A stretch of 64,000 bases of DNA, taken from contig CBDCSU010000006.1 in the NCBI GenBank assembly GCA_965221775.1, positions 1,568,001 to 1,632,000 of the forward strand, read 5' to 3'. Within the stretch, counting starts at the first letter, position 1, and each line of letters begins with the position of its first letter. The position numbers were made by a program, and so were the translations under genes. Shown here piece by piece: positions 30,334 through 39,394 of the stretch. This stretch comes from Candidatus Latescibacterota bacterium (lineage in GTDB: Bacteria; Latescibacterota; UBA2968; UBA8231). Under the pieces are notes generated by a model. That model saw only the letters and a program-made list of their open reading frames with translations. It made no database searches and was not told where the DNA came from.

Positions 30334-30669
30334 CTACTCGATGATCCACTCTCCTGAGGCGCGGATGGCGTCGTACATGGCGTCGGGAGCTAGATCAGCC
30401 CCCGTGGGCCAGGTGACGGCGCCGAGGTCTACGCGGACCTGGCGGAACAGACTCTCATCCGTTAGCGGCTCGAAGGCGGTGCCGCGGACGGCGGGGCTCA
30501 TGAGGAATCTCCTCATGTCCACCTGACCGGATGTGTCGTCCGCGAAGCGGACCTGCAATCGCAGTCCGGGAAGCGCCTTGACATCCTGGACCCGCCATGG
30601 CGTGGCGGGCCTGGGAGGCGGGACTACTCCAGCGGTGGGATCGGTTGCGGCGACTTCAGTTGACGGCAT
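30334..30669 (-). CDS. DUF2442 domain protein (antitoxin-like, orphan)
   Basis: WRVQDVKALPGLRLQVRFADDTSGQVD, FEPL.D...F..V.VDLGAVTWPTGADLAPDAMY. Confidence 0.82.
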   Translation of the reverse strand: MPSTEVAATDPTAGVVPPPRPATPWRVQDVKALPGLRLQVRFADDTSGQVDMRRFLMSPAVRGTAFEPLTDESLFRQVRVDLGAVTWPTGADLAPDAMYDAIRASGEWIIE

Positions 30670-30695
30670 AGATCCCAGTTGGCGCTGACCTGCGC

Positions 30696-31577
30696 TCAGA
30701 CCGCATCGACCACCTCGGCCAGCCCGGCATATCCGTTGCTCGGCTTGGGCCGGCGGGAGTGGTGGGAGGGCAGGAGCAGGGCCGCCTGCTGCGGAGGGGT
30801 GAGCTCGTCCCAGTAGGAGGGACGGCTCCCGCGGAGTCCGCCCCCGCCCCAGGCCATGTGGCCTGTGTTGTACTTGTAGAGGATGGCGCGGCGCTGATGG
30901 TCGGCGTTCCACGGGAGGGTGCCGTGGGTGCAAGCCTCGCTGAAGATGACGGCGTCGCCGGCCCTGGCGTTGATCTCGGTCACGTATTCCTGGTACTGCT
31001 CCCACCGGAGCATCTTCGCCGGGCAGGCGAGGTTGGCCTTGTGGCTGCCGGCGATGACGCTGATGCCGCCGTCGCCGGGGCCTTCGTCGGCGAGGAGGTA
31101 CTCGATGACGCAGAGGCCGGTGAAGATCCGGCCCTCGCGGTAGAAGTAGGGGGCGTTGTCGAAGTTGCCGTGCAGCATCCCCCCGGAGCATCCCTTGTCC
31201 ATGGCGATCAGGCCGGGGCCGTGGTCGAGGCGCCAGCCTTCGCTGAGGATGGTGTTGAGATGGGGCGTGGTCTTCGGATGGGCCAGCATCTCCCGGAAGG
31301 GCTCGCACCAGGGGTGGGGGAGCTCCATCAGGTTCTCGCTGTTGCCGAGGCGGGTTGAGCTGTTCTCGCCCCTCAGGGCCACCGACTCGCCGAAGTACTC
31401 CGGGCTCGGGGTGAGCTCCATGGAGTCGATGGCCTCGTTGGCCAGCTTCAGGTGCTCGTCGCTGAGCACGTCCCGCACGATCACGAACCCCAGCAGGTCG
31501 AAGAGGTACTTCTCGTCGTGGGACATCTGCTCCGTCTCCGGGCTGAGGGAGCGCGATGTGTTGGCGAGTTCGGTCAT
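30696..31577 (-). CDS. PhyH family dioxygenase (close paralog of 1507-2292)
   Basis: EKYLFDLLGF, RLDHGPGLIAMD, GSHKAN, AGDAVIFSEACTHGTLPW. Confidence 0.88.
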   Translation of the reverse strand: MTELANTSRSLSPETEQMSHDEKYLFDLLGFVIVRDVLSDEHLKLANEAIDSMELTPSPEYFGESVALRGENSSTRLGNSENLMELPHPWCEPFREMLAHPKTTPHLNTILSEGWRLDHGPGLIAMDKGCSGGMLHGNFDNAPYFYREGRIFTGLCVIEYLLADEGPGDGGISVIAGSHKANLACPAKMLRWEQYQEYVTEINARAGDAVIFSEACTHGTLPWNADHQRRAILYKYNTGHMAWGGGGLRGSRPSYWDELTPPQQAALLLPSHHSRRPKPSNGYAGLAEVVDAV

Positions 31578-31590
31578 GGTTGTTTCTCCC

Positions 31591-31960
31591 GTTGGATTGG
31601 ATTGGGTTCAAGATAAGGGTGGGAGGGGGGGTCTGGCAGGGGGCGGTGACGTCGGCTCCGGCCGCGCCTCGGCGGCGCGTACGCCGGGCCTGGTTGGTGG
31701 GGCTATCGCCTGGGGTGGATTCGTGGGGCTGGCGAGCCCCTCGCTGCGCTCGGGTCTCTGGGCCTCCTGGATGCGGTGCTTGTTGTCGCGGCCCTGCGTA
31801 ATGCGCCGCTCGGCCCGGCCTGCGCCGCCGTCACCGCTCTGAGTGGAACCTCACCCACAGACTCTTTTCTGGCGGGTGGCGCTTGGCAGGGGTTCTGAGC
31901 GGGGGGTGACTCCGGCGCCCCTTGGTACGGTGGCGCCGGGCTGCTGGGCTGGCGTTTGCC
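31591..31960 (+). repeat. Dispersed hairpin repeat copy E (modules 1+2, extended left leader)
   Basis: Same conserved blocks; arms GCGGTGACG/CGTCACCGC. Confidence 0.92.
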
Positions 31961-31963
31961 GGG

Positions 31964-32176
31964 CTATGCCAGCATCAGACGTTCGCCCTTGGGTTCCGGA
32001 ATTGGGTCGCCGAACTCCCTTGCGGTATCGATCCAAAGACCTATGGCTTCATTGACATGCCTGAGAGCAGCTTCTTGCGTGTCGCCGTGGGCCATGCATC
32101 CGGATAGCTCCGGCACTTCAGCCACGAAAGCGCTGTCGGCGTCGCTCCAGTAGAGAATGATCTCGTATTTGTACAT
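31964..32176 (-). CDS. hicB: HicB family antitoxin
   Basis: MYKYEIILYWSDADSAFVAEVPELSGCMAHGDTQEAAL...WIDTAREFGDPIPEPKG. Confidence 0.92.
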   Translation of the reverse strand: MYKYEIILYWSDADSAFVAEVPELSGCMAHGDTQEAALRHVNEAIGLWIDTAREFGDPIPEPKGERLMLA

Positions 32177-32430
32177 CAGTCCGGTTCCTCCAGTGTGTAT
32201 CTCAGTATCACTCGGCGGACCTGTCGCACCTGATAGGGTTTCGCGTGGCTGCCATCACGTTGCAGATTCAGCCTTTCAGCGATTCCTTCCATCCGGAATA
32301 TGTGATGGCTTCCTCGCACCCGCTCGGAGAACCCCAGCCTACGGAGGAGTGAGCGCAAGTCGTCGAAACGGATATTCGCATCCGAGCGACCGTCGACAAT
32401 CTGCTGTCGAAGTTGCCTAGGCCGATTCAG
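32176..32430 (-). CDS. hicA: HicA family mRNA interferase toxin; start uncertain (CTG at the expected position)
   Basis: SDANIRFDDLRSLLRRLGFSERVRGSHHIF, NLQRDGSHAKPYQVRQVR; TGATG overlap with hicB. Confidence 0.82.
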   Translation of the reverse strand: MNRPRQLRQQIVDGRSDANIRFDDLRSLLRRLGFSERVRGSHHIFRMEGIAERLNLQRDGSHAKPYQVRQVRRVILRYTLEEPD

Positions 32431-32677
32431 GAAGAAACCCCGATCAACGCGTCCTGCCGCACAACATCCGCGGCCTGTGGAATGGATTGGCGGGCATCCC
32501 CACCCCCGACTTGCAGAGTAGAACGGCCAAGGATCTTTCGCAACCCTCTTCTCTATGGGACACGCCGGAAGGCGCTGCGACCGCCAGGAGGGAGGTCGGT
32601 TCCCGCCTTGAAGAGCATGGCCCCTGTGCTCGGCCGGCGTGGTCATCTCGCCTGGAGCTGGTCCGGGGGGCCGACGA

Positions 32678-32740
32678 GTTGACCCCGCGCCCCGGAGGCT
32701 CGGCCTGCGCCACCGGCACCGCCCTTGGGGGAAGCACCCA
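32678..32740 (+). repeat. 3' fragment of repeat module 1 (copy F)
   Basis: gttgacccc...ggctcggcctgcgccaccggcaccgcccttggggg. Confidence 0.75.
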
Positions 32741-32760
32741 GGTTGTCGTAGCCTGACGCC

Positions 32761-35145
32761 ATGAAGGAACACCGACATCCGCACCCGCACAGGGATCCGC
32801 GGCAGCCCAGGGCGGACGCCAGGCCGGGGACGAATCCCCCTGTCTTCGCCTGGCTTCCCGTGGATTCGGCGTCGGGGTATCGGCTGCAGGTGGCCCGGGA
32901 CCCGGGCTTCGAGAACCTCTGCCTGGACCAGCGGGATCTGCAGGATCCCCTGTTTCTGCCCGAGACCGCCTTCGCGCCGGGGAGGTACTTCTGGCGATGG
33001 TCCGCGGGGGATGGCGCGATGTCGGAGGTCTTCGCCTTTGAGATCGCACCGGAGGCGGTGGTCGTGGAGGTGCCGCCGGCAGGGGAGTGGCTGAAGCGGT
33101 TCCCGGCCGGGCATCCGCGGATCTACGTCCGGCCGGAGGAGGTGCCGGCTCTCCGTGGGGCGTCCCTCGGCGACCGCGCTTCAGCTTGGAGAGGGCTGCG
33201 GGAGCAGGCCGAGGCGGTCCTCGCGGAGCCGCATGAGATCGAGGAGCCTCCCTTTCTCCCGGACCGCCGGGAGAGCTATCGGGCGTTCTTCGAGGTCTGG
33301 TCGCCGGTGATGTGGAACTCCCGGCGCTTCGTCAAGGGCGCGGAGACCCTGGCGCTGGCCTACCTCGTGGGCGGGGAGGATCGATTCGCCCGCGCCGCCT
33401 GCCAGCGCATGGCATCCATCTCCCGTTGGGATCCGGAGGGGTCCAGCCACCTCGCCCACAATGACGAAGCCCACATGTCGGTGATCTGGCACGGCTCGAT
33501 CGCGTGCGACTGGGTGTGGGACCGGTTCACCGACGAGGAACGCGAGGCGGTTCTCGCGCAGTTCCGGCGGCGCGGGCAGATCACCTTCGATCACATGCAC
33601 AACCGGGGATCGTACGGGGTCACCCGCTTCGACTCGCACGCCGGCCGCGAGATCGTCTTCCTGGCCCTCATCGCCCTGGTCTTCCACGACCACATTCCCG
33701 AAGCGGAGACATGGCTGGAGTGGCTGCGGCCGGTGCTGTGCGGCATCTGGCCGATCTGGGCCGGCGACGACGGCGCCTGGGCGGAAGGGCCCTCCTATGG
33801 ACTGGCCTACGTGACGATCATGACCATGTTCGCCACGGCGCTGAAACGGGGCGCCGGTGTGGACCTCTACAGGAAACCGTTCTGGAAGAACCACGCCCGG
33901 TGGCGCCGGTACTGCCTGCCACCCTACGCGGAGTGGATGGGATTCGGCGACCACACGGAGCGCTGGGCCAACTCGTGGCGGTCGAATGCCGACCTGGTGG
34001 ATTTGATCGGACGAGAGACGGAGACTGCTGAGTTCGCGCCGTACGTGGAGGCTCTTCGCGCCGAGGCGGAGCACCTGCACACGCCGCCGAAGCGGCAGAC
34101 CTCGGGCGTCCTGTCGCAGCTGTTTCTGGCCCCCGCCGCGAAGACGCAGGTGGGTGAGATCCCGCCGCGGCTCCGGGCGCGGATCCCTCTGACGCACACG
34201 CCGGAAGGGACCGCGCATGGCATGCTCCAAGTCTTCCCGTACGCGGGGTGGGCCGCGGTCCGCACCGACCTGGACGATCCGGCACGGGATGTAGCGATGA
34301 TCTTTCGCTCCTCTCCACTCGGCGCCATCAGCCATTCCCACGCCAACAACAACGACTTCATCCTGCACGCCGGGGGCAAGGTGCTGGCCATGCCCAGCGG
34401 CTACTACGACGGGTACGGCTCGGACCACCACAGCCACTGGGTGTGGCACACCAGGTCCCACAACTGCGCAACCCTCTCCGACGCCTCGCAGATCATGCGA
34501 TCTCACGATTCCACGGGGAAGATCGACAACGCCTTCGAGGACGAACGGCTCCTCTACTTTCGGGGCAACGCCGACGCCAGCTACAGCGACCGAGCGCAGC
34601 GATGCCGGCGGCACGTCTTCTTCCTGAAGACGCAGAGCTGCTTCGTGATGATCGACGAGTTTGCCGCGGCTCCCGGCATCGACTCGGCGTTGCAGTGGAA
34701 CATCCACTCCTGGAACCGCTTTGCCGTCGACGAGGAGGCAAGGACCTTCCTGTTGGAGCGCGACGCCAGTTCCCTCGAAGGGCACTTCATGTATCACAAC
34801 AACGCCTTCTTCTCCCTGAGCGAGGGATGGGACCCCCCGCCGATGCGGGCCGGCAAGGATGACTCGCAGTGGCACCCGCAGTATCACCTGCGGTTCACGC
34901 CCTCCGGTCTGGTGAGCCGGCGCAACCTGGGGGTGGTGTTGTGTCCGGGCCACGGGTCGCTGCATCGAGCCGAAGTGCGGACCGAGCGGTCGGGGGACAC
35001 GGAGGTAGCGCACATCGGGGATGATCTTGTGCTTGTGGGCGGTCGAGGCGGGGTGGCGTACGGCAACCATCGCTCGGACGGACTGGCGCTGCTGGTCGTG
35101 CAAGGCCGGGGGTATGAGCTTGGGGATACGGGCGTGGTTTCATGA
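32761..35145 (+). CDS. DUF4962 / heparinase II/III-like polysaccharide lyase
   Basis: NPPVFAW, GHPRIY, DGAWAEGPSY, GFGD, SHSHANNNDFIL, HTRSHN. Confidence 0.82.
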   Translation: MKEHRHPHPHRDPRQPRADARPGTNPPVFAWLPVDSASGYRLQVARDPGFENLCLDQRDLQDPLFLPETAFAPGRYFWRWSAGDGAMSEVFAFEIAPEAVVVEVPPAGEWLKRFPAGHPRIYVRPEEVPALRGASLGDRASAWRGLREQAEAVLAEPHEIEEPPFLPDRRESYRAFFEVWSPVMWNSRRFVKGAETLALAYLVGGEDRFARAACQRMASISRWDPEGSSHLAHNDEAHMSVIWHGSIACDWVWDRFTDEEREAVLAQFRRRGQITFDHMHNRGSYGVTRFDSHAGREIVFLALIALVFHDHIPEAETWLEWLRPVLCGIWPIWAGDDGAWAEGPSYGLAYVTIMTMFATALKRGAGVDLYRKPFWKNHARWRRYCLPPYAEWMGFGDHTERWANSWRSNADLVDLIGRETETAEFAPYVEALRAEAEHLHTPPKRQTSGVLSQLFLAPAAKTQVGEIPPRLRARIPLTHTPEGTAHGMLQVFPYAGWAAVRTDLDDPARDVAMIFRSSPLGAISHSHANNNDFILHAGGKVLAMPSGYYDGYGSDHHSHWVWHTRSHNCATLSDASQIMRSHDSTGKIDNAFEDERLLYFRGNADASYSDRAQRCRRHVFFLKTQSCFVMIDEFAAAPGIDSALQWNIHSWNRFAVDEEARTFLLERDASSLEGHFMYHNNAFFSLSEGWDPPPMRAGKDDSQWHPQYHLRFTPSGLVSRRNLGVVLCPGHGSLHRAEVRTERSGDTEVAHIGDDLVLVGGRGGVAYGNHRSDGLALLVVQGRGYELGDTGVVS

Positions 35146-35807
35146 GCGGCGACGACCACGGATGGGGCGATGAAGTCAAGCCGCGTTCAGGCCACAGCGG
35201 CCGCACCGGTATCGACAAAATCCTGAAAGAGGCCCGCCGCGGAGATCTGGGGTCCGTGAAGCGGCATCTTGGCCAGGACCCGTCCTTGCTGCTGGCCAAG
35301 AGCGGGGGACACAACCGGACGTTCCTCTGGGAAGCGACACGCGGCAATCGGGTCGAGGTCGTGCGGTTCCTGTTGCGGGCGGGAGCCGATCCCAATGTGC
35401 CGGGGCGGACAAGGGCGGAGATCCCCGTGCTCCTGAAGCCCTACTGTATCGCGCGACGCTATCGCCGCCCGCACCTCGCGGGGATGTTGGAAAGGGCCGG
35501 TTCCGTGATGGACATCTACTCGGCCTGCTATCTGGGTGACACGGACCGCGTGCGGCACTGCATCAAAGCCGAGCCCGGCCTGTTGACCAGGGAACAGGAA
35601 GACGACTCGGTCTGGCGTGTGACGCCCCTGCACTATGCCGTGGCCGGAGGCCACGAGCAGCTCACGCGGTGGCTGATCGGGGAAGGCGCAGGGGTGAAGC
35701 CCTATACCCGGCTGTTGTTCGGCGCGGCCGAGCGGACGAAACACGCGGAGCTGATTCCCGTGCTGGTAGAGGGGGGTGCGGACCTGGATCTGGTCAGGCT
35801 GAGGTGA
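35142..35807 (+). CDS. Ankyrin repeat protein
   Basis: RTFLWEA..GN..VVRFLLRAGADPN, TPLHYAVAGGH..WLIGEGA. Confidence 0.82.
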   Translation: MSGDDHGWGDEVKPRSGHSGRTGIDKILKEARRGDLGSVKRHLGQDPSLLLAKSGGHNRTFLWEATRGNRVEVVRFLLRAGADPNVPGRTRAEIPVLLKPYCIARRYRRPHLAGMLERAGSVMDIYSACYLGDTDRVRHCIKAEPGLLTREQEDDSVWRVTPLHYAVAGGHEQLTRWLIGEGAGVKPYTRLLFGAAERTKHAELIPVLVEGGADLDLVRLR

Positions 35808-35864
35808 GGTCCGATCCGGCGACCTGGCAGGCGCTGGCCAGGCCGGGGCGGCGGCCTGGTTTCC

Positions 35865-36158
35865 TCAGGCTACCTGCGGCTCGTAGCGCCTGACCTGGAT
35901 GTTCTCTTCGGTCCGGCGGGCCTGCACCAGATCGTAGGCGATCTGTCGCCGCAGCCAGAACTCCGCGTTGGACCAGCCCGCCTTTTCCAGTCGAATGGCC
36001 ATCTCCGGCGAAATGGCCGCATGGCCGTTCAGGACGCGGGAGAGGGTGTGACGGGCCACGCCCAACACCTTCGCCGCTTCGGTGACGTTCAGGCCGAGGG
36101 GGTCCAGACAGTCTTGCCGGATGCTGCGGCCCGGATGGGGTTGATTCTTCATTGCCAT
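35865..36158 (-). CDS. higA: HigA family addiction-module antitoxin
   Basis: [70 protein letters not shown]. Confidence 0.92.
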   Translation of the reverse strand: MAMKNQPHPGRSIRQDCLDPLGLNVTEAAKVLGVARHTLSRVLNGHAAISPEMAIRLEKAGWSNAEFWLRRQIAYDLVQARRTEENIQVRRYEPQVA

Positions 36159-36160
36159 GG

Positions 36161-36190
36161 GTCGATCAGGTCCACGTCGTACGCGTCACT
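36161..36190 (-). pseudogene. Relic 3' end of a higB toxin gene
   Basis: Translates [10 protein letters not shown] directly upstream of higA, resembling the typical HigB C-terminus (..DAYDVDLxDYH). Confidence 0.55.
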
Positions 36191-36220
36191 GCGCGGCGCA
36201 GGTAGTGGCGTCGACCGTGG

Positions 36221-37332
36221 TCACAGGAACCGTCCCACCGAGAAAGGGGAGAGGTCGAACCCGGTTCTTCGCCGAGGGCGGCGTCGGCGACGATGTGGCC
36301 GCTGTACGGACCGAGCTGCAGTCCGCTGGCCCCGTGACCGGTGTTGAGGTAGAGGCCATGCCAGCCCGGGACCGCCCCCATGACCGGCATGCCGTCGGCC
36401 GACAGGGGTCGCAGGCCGACGCGGGTCTCGCGGATGGAGGCGCCGGCGAGGCCGGGGGCGACGCGCAGGGCTTCCGACAGGACCTCCACGATCCCGGCGG
36501 CGGTCACTCTCGGCTCGAAGCCGGAGCCGGTCTCGCGGGTGGCGCCGACGGCTACGCGGCTGTCCGTCCAGGGGACCATGTAGTGATCGCGGAAGGCGCT
36601 GACGATCGGCCACGTGGAGGTGTCGGTCCCGCCGAGGTCGAGGTGGATGATCTGGCCGCGCTGGGGGGCCACCGGAATGTCGAGGCCGAGCTGGTCCGAG
36701 AAGCGCCGGGACCAGGCGCCGCCGGCGATGACCACGGTCCCCGCGGATATCCGATCGCCGCCGCTGAGGACGCCGGCGATCCTCCTTCCTTCCAGTATGA
36801 GGCTGTCGGCCGCTGCCGTCCGGCGTTCGAGCCCGCGGCGCTCCGCGCCCTCGAGCAGGGCGCGGGCCAGGAGACGGCCGTCGATGCGGGCGGCGTCCGG
36901 GTTGTGCAGGGCCCGGGCGGATTCGGCGAGGGGCGGGAACATCTCCCGCGCTTCCGCGGCCTCGACGCGGCGCACGGCTGACCCCCGCCCGGGTCGCGAG
37001 AGGATCCGCTGAGAGGCGGCCTCGAAGGGCGCGAACTCGTCGTCGGAGACCGCCGCCAGCAGCAGCCCGCAGTGGGCGAAGCCGGTCTCCGCGCCTTCCG
37101 CCTCGAGCGCGGGGACCAGCGTCGAGAGGTGCTGGTACGCGGCCCGGCTGAAGCGGTACCAGACGTCGGAGTCGCCGCGGTAGGTCGCCGGGGAGACGAT
37201 GCCGGCCCCGGCCGCGGTGGCGCGCCCCTCGTCGCCGCGGTCGAGGAGGAGCACCCGGGCCTCGGCACGGATCAGGTGATAGGCGGTGGCGGCGCCGAGG
37301 ACGCCGCCCCCGATGACAATGACGTCGTTCAT
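36221..37332 (-). CDS. FAD-dependent oxidoreductase (DAO/glycine oxidase family), 1-nt frameshift near the 3' end
   Basis: VIVIGGGVLG, ATAAGAG, RGQI, GLRP..ADGMPVMG, TGHGASGL; the family-like tail FDLSPFSVGRF is in another frame ending at 36221. Confidence 0.85.
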
Positions 37333-37502
37333 GGCAGTCGGAGGGACATGGAAGATAGGTGTGGGAGGACCGGCCGGCCCGCCGGTGCTGGCGGCTCGGC
37401 CATGCCAAACGTGCTCAGTCACGTCGCTCATTGCGGCTTGAGGCGGTCTGCGCCCAAGGATAGCTTGTCTCCATGCCATCCATGAGAACGGAGACGGCAG
37501 AG

Positions 37503-37862
37503 ATGAAGAGCACGATTTGGCTCAGCTACGATCTGGGAGTCAACGGCGACTACGAGGGGCTGTATTCCTGGCTCGATACTCACGGTGCCAAGGAGTGTGG
37601 CTCCAGCGTGGCCTTTATGAAGTACGCACACGAGGGCGACTTGGCGGCGGCCTTGATAGACGACATGCAGGCCGCGGTCTCCCTGGACAGGCGCTCCCGG
37701 GTATACCTCATCCACAATCGCAAGGGGCGGTACCTGTTCGGGCGCCGAAAGAGCGCTCCTTGGGAGGGATTCGGCGACAACGGCGACGACGAAGAAGACG
37801 TCGATGACACCACATGCGAGGCCGACCGCTCAGCCTTGTCGATGCCGTGCTCCGCGCAGTGA
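37503..37862 (+). CDS. Small hypothetical protein with Cas2/VapD-like N-terminal motif
   Basis: MKSTIWLSYDLGVNGDYEGLYSWLD..AKECG.SVA; acidic tail then probable read-through; fold assignment is inference. Confidence 0.6.
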   Translation: MKSTIWLSYDLGVNGDYEGLYSWLDTHGAKECGSSVAFMKYAHEGDLAAALIDDMQAAVSLDRRSRVYLIHNRKGRYLFGRRKSAPWEGFGDNGDDEEDVDDTTCEADRSALSMPCSAQ

Positions 37863-37957
37863 TCGACGACACAAATGTTGCACTCGATGCACTTCTCACC
37901 TTCAATCGCGCCGATTTCGCGGATGTCTGCCGACAGAATTCGGTTACAGTGCTCTGA
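37814..37957 (+). pseudogene. C-terminal fragment of a PIN-domain protein
   Basis: RPLSLVDAVLRAVIDD...LLTFNRADFADVC*; matches the PIN C-terminal SLxD...TFNxxDF pattern, N-terminal half absent. Confidence 0.55.
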
Positions 37958-38044
37958 GGATCTCCCCGTCCTCGGCTTCGTCTGCAGTCTGCAATAGCCT
38001 CGCCCACAGGGCTCCGGCTGATGCCAGCACGACAGGGCCGGGCT

Positions 38045-39139
38045 TCACTCCTCCTTCAGGTGGCGGCAGTCCAGCCGCGCCACCTGCAGCGGCCTCTTGC
38101 CGGACCTCGTCCTCGGCCTCCTGTCCGCCCCCAGTACGATGAGCACCTCGGCCGCCTCGAGCCTGCCTTCGTACGCGGCCCTGTGGAGCGGCGTGCGCCC
38201 CTTTTTGTCCTGCGCGTCGAGATCGGCGCCGTGCGCGGCCAGCAGCCAGACCGCCTCGACTCTCCCCCTCTCGGCCGCCAGGTGCAACGGGGTTCGGTCG
38301 GTAGTGGTCTTGGCATCGACCTCGGCGCCGTGCCGCAGCAGCCACTTCAGGCAAGGGATCGAACCGGAGCGCGATGCCCAGTGAAGGGGGGTCATCCCCA
38401 TCTCTCCCCTCTGCATGACGACCGAGGAGTCCTCCCGGGCCAGCTCGAGCACGCGCTCGAGGTCGTTCATGCCGCAAGCCGAGAAGATGTCGAAGTGCGC
38501 CCCGTGCCCGAGCAGGGCGAGGACCGCATCGGCCACGTCGGGGTTCCAGCCCCCGGTGCCGAAACGCGCCGCAGCTTCCTGCAGCGGGGTGTTGCCGCCC
38601 TCCCCGTTGCCCGAGAACGGCGCCTCTGGGTCGGCCCCGTACGCGAGGGCGAACTCCGTGAACTCCACCGGCCGGCCGACGGCCCAGAACAGCAGCGAGG
38701 TGTTCGCCGGCCACCCGACGTGAGACGTGCTGATGACGGAGGCATCGCTGACGCCGGCCTCGAACACGGTGCGCAGGGTCTCGAAGTTCCCGTGGTAGAA
38801 GGCCTTGGTCACCGGCTCGTGCTGGTGCTTCCTGTAGAGTCCGGTGGCGCAGTCGTAGAATTCCCGGATGCCGCGATCGAGCAGGAAGCGGACGGCGTCG
38901 AGGGTCCCGAAGTAGGAGGCGGCCATGGCGAGGGCGACCGAACCGACCGACTCGAGCAGGGCCGGGTGCTCCCGCAGCAGGGCCTTTATCCGCGGGACGT
39001 CGCAACTGGCATGGCACAAGTCAGTGGCGCCGTGCGCCGCCGCGGTCAGGAACTGCTTCTCGAGGGGGGTGAACTTCCTGCCCTCCCTCATCTCGAAGGC
39101 CCTGGACATCTTCTGCATCAGGTAGTCGGTGTCGTTCAC
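38045..39139 (-). CDS. Ankyrin repeat protein
   Basis: GNTPLQEAA, GMTPLHWAS, RTPLHLAA..GAD, GRTPLHRAA. Confidence 0.88.
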   Translation of the reverse strand: MNDTDYLMQKMSRAFEMREGRKFTPLEKQFLTAAAHGATDLCHASCDVPRIKALLREHPALLESVGSVALAMAASYFGTLDAVRFLLDRGIREFYDCATGLYRKHQHEPVTKAFYHGNFETLRTVFEAGVSDASVISTSHVGWPANTSLLFWAVGRPVEFTEFALAYGADPEAPFSGNGEGGNTPLQEAAARFGTGGWNPDVADAVLALLGHGAHFDIFSACGMNDLERVLELAREDSSVVMQRGEMGMTPLHWASRSGSIPCLKWLLRHGAEVDAKTTTDRTPLHLAAERGRVEAVWLLAAHGADLDAQDKKGRTPLHRAAYEGRLEAAEVLIVLGADRRPRTRSGKRPLQVARLDCRHLKEE

Positions 39140-39150
39140 TGGTTCCCCTT

Positions 39151-39245
39151 TGGCCGTGTGGCGCCGGGCGGGGGTTCTGTGCCGGGCGGTGTCGCCGGCG
39201 CCACTCGATCCGGTGGCGCGCCTGGACTGATGGGCGCTGTTGGGG
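39151..39245 (+). repeat. Stand-alone module 2 of the dispersed repeat (copy G)
   Basis: tggccgtGTGGCGCCGG..ggggttctg.gccggg..CCGGCGCCACtcgatc.ggtgg. Confidence 0.85.
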
Positions 39246-39394
39246 GCATGTTCGACTGCTGGAAACCCGCTCCTTACTCTTCGGTTGAGACCGGGGTAGC
39301 GGTGCTTACGTTACGCACCGATGAAGAGCATGGACATGGATAGGGAGAGATCGCTGATGTGTCTTGCAGCCGTGATTCACAGGGCGGAGGCCCC

